From the human T2T-CHM13v2.0 reference genome, Homo sapiens: a stretch of DNA of 64,000 nt. Numbering within the stretch: the stretch's first letter is position 1; each line of letters starts with the position of its first letter. The stretch lies in assembly GCF_009914755.1 (NCBI RefSeq), contig NC_060938.1. The stretch is one strand, 5' to 3'. The translations under genes were made by a program, and so were the position numbers. The notes beneath the pieces were generated by a model, which saw only the letters and a program-made list of their open reading frames with translations, ran no database searches and was not told where the DNA came from. This document shows, piece after piece, positions 61,073 through 64,000 of this stretch.

Positions 61073-62155
61073 TGACATTACCTGTCAGTAATAAAGGACC
61101 TCAGATTCTCTCTATGCACTCACAGAGATCTTTCATTACAATATGAGCACTTTCTTACTAGTGTGTTGTTCTTTATCCTCTTCACCTTGTGCACTTCCTG
61201 ACATTCTGCTTTCTCTTTTATATCCATCTCCTGCTGTTGTCAACATAGGTTCTCAATGTTCTTAATGTTTCTTCTCTCTTCGGCCACATTTTAAGCTGTT
61301 TCCTTAGCATTTTAGGCTCTCCACTGAGGTCTCCAAATGACTACAAAACCAATGATCTTCCTGGTCATCAATAACTTTATTGTTCACTTATGTTTTTGTC
61401 TCATTGACTACCTTGGCTAGATCCCTAGATGCTATAAACTTACTGGTTTAACTTCAGCCAGTTGTGATGCTAGTTGTAATGAATTCACAAAGTAGTCTCT
61501 GAAAACTTCCCATTAGCAGGCTACTCTGTTCTAACCTATGAATCTTTATGAATCTATATAGTTCGCCTTCACGAAGCAGAGTCTTCTTTTCTCGACACCC
61601 TTGTGGTTTGAGAAAGAAATAAATCATTTCTGAGAGAAGGAAAGTGAGGCCGCCTGTCCTCTGGAGAAAAAAGTCCTTTTCCAATGGTGTTTTCTTCTAT
61701 CTATTTTAAAATTTCTTGATGATTTCCAGGCTCATTTAAAAAAAAAAAAAAAAGAAAAAAGCTTTTGTAGCCAGCTGTGGCAGTACATATCTATCCTGGA
61801 CTGAAGTAACTCCTCGCACAATAAAGGCAGCCTAACCACTGACTATTGAAATAGTATTGAAAAAGTATTGAAATACCTTCAATACTTTTTCAATTCGCCG
61901 GCTCCTCTGTCATTCCATCTCTACTTCTCAAATATAGCTACTGCAGTATGTAAAGTAATGGTTCCAGAATTCACACACAGTTTGTTGTAGCTCACGGTAA
62001 AAAAAAAAATGAAGAAATGAACTGTGTAAATAAAGTCTTTAAAGTCAAAACTGTTAAAAGACCAAAGGATAATTTGATCATTGAGTAGGAAGTGGTTGTC
62101 TGACCAAATCAAATTCATATGTAAATTGGTGATTGTAAATCAGGAGACCTATCAA

Positions 62156-62546
62156 TGTCAAATAAAATATGTAGAGAAAAATCTCTAAATTTAACATTTT
62201 ACTTGGGATATACGAATCATAATTCAGGGCATACACACAGACCAGGTGGTCTTCGGTATGTCCAAAGAACAAAGAGGAAGTTGGAAGTTTTATAAAAAGG
62301 AGAGCTCTGATTGGTGAGTGACGATGTTGGGTAAAACCACTCTTAAGGTTGTAGTAGGTTGTTTCAGAAGTCATTAGGTAAAATTGTTTCAGGTTACAGC
62401 ATGCAGTTTTAGCAGCCAGGCTTGAAGAAAATTACACTCTTGGAGCAATGTTAAGTGCCATGAATGCTTTCCCCCGCTGGCTTCTCAACTCTTTTTTATT
62501 TGAGTATGACTAGACTTGAGTCTCCAACTCATATGATCAATTTTCA
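62156..62546 (-). mobile_element. ERV1-type solo LTR (MER31/MER67-like)
   Basis: TGTCAAATAAAATATGTAGAG...GGGCATACACACAGACCAGGTGGTCTTCGGTATGTCC...TTTTCA. Confidence 0.65.
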
Positions 62547-62726
62547 AAGATCCTTGAATTTTAAAAAGCAGAACTTTATTATAAATATGGACATCTATTC
62601 ATGTAAATGACTTGACTACTTTTTGGGGGATTTAGATGTTACTATAATTTTACATTATATGAAGCCAATTAACTTAGTATCTTAGTCCATATAAACTCTA
62701 GTTAATGTCCCTTCAGTTTCCATGAA

Positions 62727-62915
62727 GTTAGTCAACAATCATTTTTGGAACATCTACCATATGTCAGGCTTCCAAACTCTAGATTCAAGGATTATAAAGA
62801 TGTGCAATACATGATACTTGTTTTCACAGAATCTCAATCTTTCCGAGAAACTAAATGCATCTTATAATATACAATTTCAGAGTACTATACTGATAGAATA
62901 TGCACAAAGGCTATT
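62727..62915 (-). mobile_element. L2 3' fragment
   Basis: TCAACAATCATTTTTGGAACATCTACCATATGTCAGGC. Confidence 0.55.
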
Positions 62916-64000
62916 AAAGCGTTCCTCAAGACAGGACCAGCTTTCCCTGATGAATCCAGAAGTGCTCCATAGATTGTGTACACTTCCACAGCGCATGTTA
63001 GAATAACATAATAGTTCTTTTCCAGAAAACTAGGATTAAAATGCAACCATTTGAACTATTTGCATGAATTGCACTGTTTTAAAAATAAGCTAATCTTGGT
63101 TTAATAGTGAGTTCCTAATGAAGTTGAAGTGAAGGTAGAGCACCAGCGTTAGTGATTAAATGTTATCCAAACGTGTATTTAGGTACTATATCTCAATGGG
63201 ATCCTTTCCGCTCAAGTTTTTTAAATGCTTGTTCTTAATCCTATAGGAAGCTAGTAGTATTTCATTTGTAGCCGTAACACGGTTGCAGAATTCCAAAAGG
63301 ACTATTTTGTTCCATTTATTATAGTAAAAAAGAAATCCTTGCTGAATACAAAACATTGCTGTTTTGATTATGTGAACTGATTGTGTGTAATTTTGCCACT
63401 TCTTTTTATGTCATCATGTCCATTGAATCCCTTTTAAAGGAAAATCATTTTCTAGACTAAAATGTTATCATAAGAGCAGCTCTACTTTTGCTGACATGAT
63501 TTTGATTAGGAAATTTAGATCTTCACGCTATATGAATACATTAGAAGAGGATTACTCTGATCGAGACTTCACAAGAGAGCTAAAATATACCACAAATAAA
63601 TAATCAAGCATCTTGTATGAATTTAAAAATAAGTCATGTATCATAAAAGTAAAAATGGTCAGTTTAGGCTCAGAAAGAACACAGATAGGATTGCTAATTT
63701 GCAGCAGAGTGAATTCAATAACATGGGTTCTTAATTAGATGGCAGAAACAGTAAGGTGACAGGACTGAGAACAGGTAAATCATCCAGGAATAGCAATGCA
63801 CCGAGCGCAGAGCCAGCTGGTGTGGTGCTGCCTCAGTGTCAGAGATCTGTGCTGCATCCTGAAATGGGGACTGTTCAGACAGTCTGTTGCACAGCTGTTC
63901 TTACTCAGAAACAAACAGCCAGGTCTGTTAGTGGTATCACTCTGCAGGTACTATAATGACAGCAAAGTTTCTAGGAAGAACTGGATGTCTCAGGCAGATG

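Noticed and set aside
61738-61760. Poly(A) run as the end of a processed pseudogene
   Set aside because: No recognisable upstream coding similarity or TSD
61844-61894. ATTGAAA repeats resembling CRISPR repeat ends, or a rho-independent terminator
   Set aside because: Primate DNA; no regularly spaced repeat-spacer array and no cas genes

Overview
AT-rich primate (human-like) genomic DNA. No protein-coding exon, rRNA, tRNA, CRISPR array or prokaryotic system is supported, and nearly all listed ORFs come from Alu, L1, LTR or low-complexity sequence. The window has three zones. (i) 0.5-8.4 kb: an MST LTR, an old L1M/L1ME with several Alus, and Tigger3. (ii) About 14-35.5 kb: a strikingly transposon-poor block with CpG- and TAAT-enriched putative conserved non-coding elements (18.8-19.3 kb, 27.8-28.8 kb), candidate non-coding exons on both strands, an ancient palindromic MITE-like relic, a ~206-bp non-tandem local duplication and STRs. 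(iii) 35.5-64 kb: nested L1MC, Alu, THE1, Tigger and MER53 elements, two twin-primed (5'-inverted) L1s, MLT/ERVL/ERV1 relics and two perfect 17-bp hairpins. The most notable structure is a TSD-flanked L1PA5-like insertion (49801-53055). Its inverted part is a near-complete 5'UTR with an intact ORF0, so the antisense promoter points into the element's own sense ORF2 3' end and poly(A). An ~85-nt segment at 19.1 kb carries canonical splice signals on both strands. Repeat subfamily names come from recalled consensus sequences and need RepeatMasker/Dfam confirmation.
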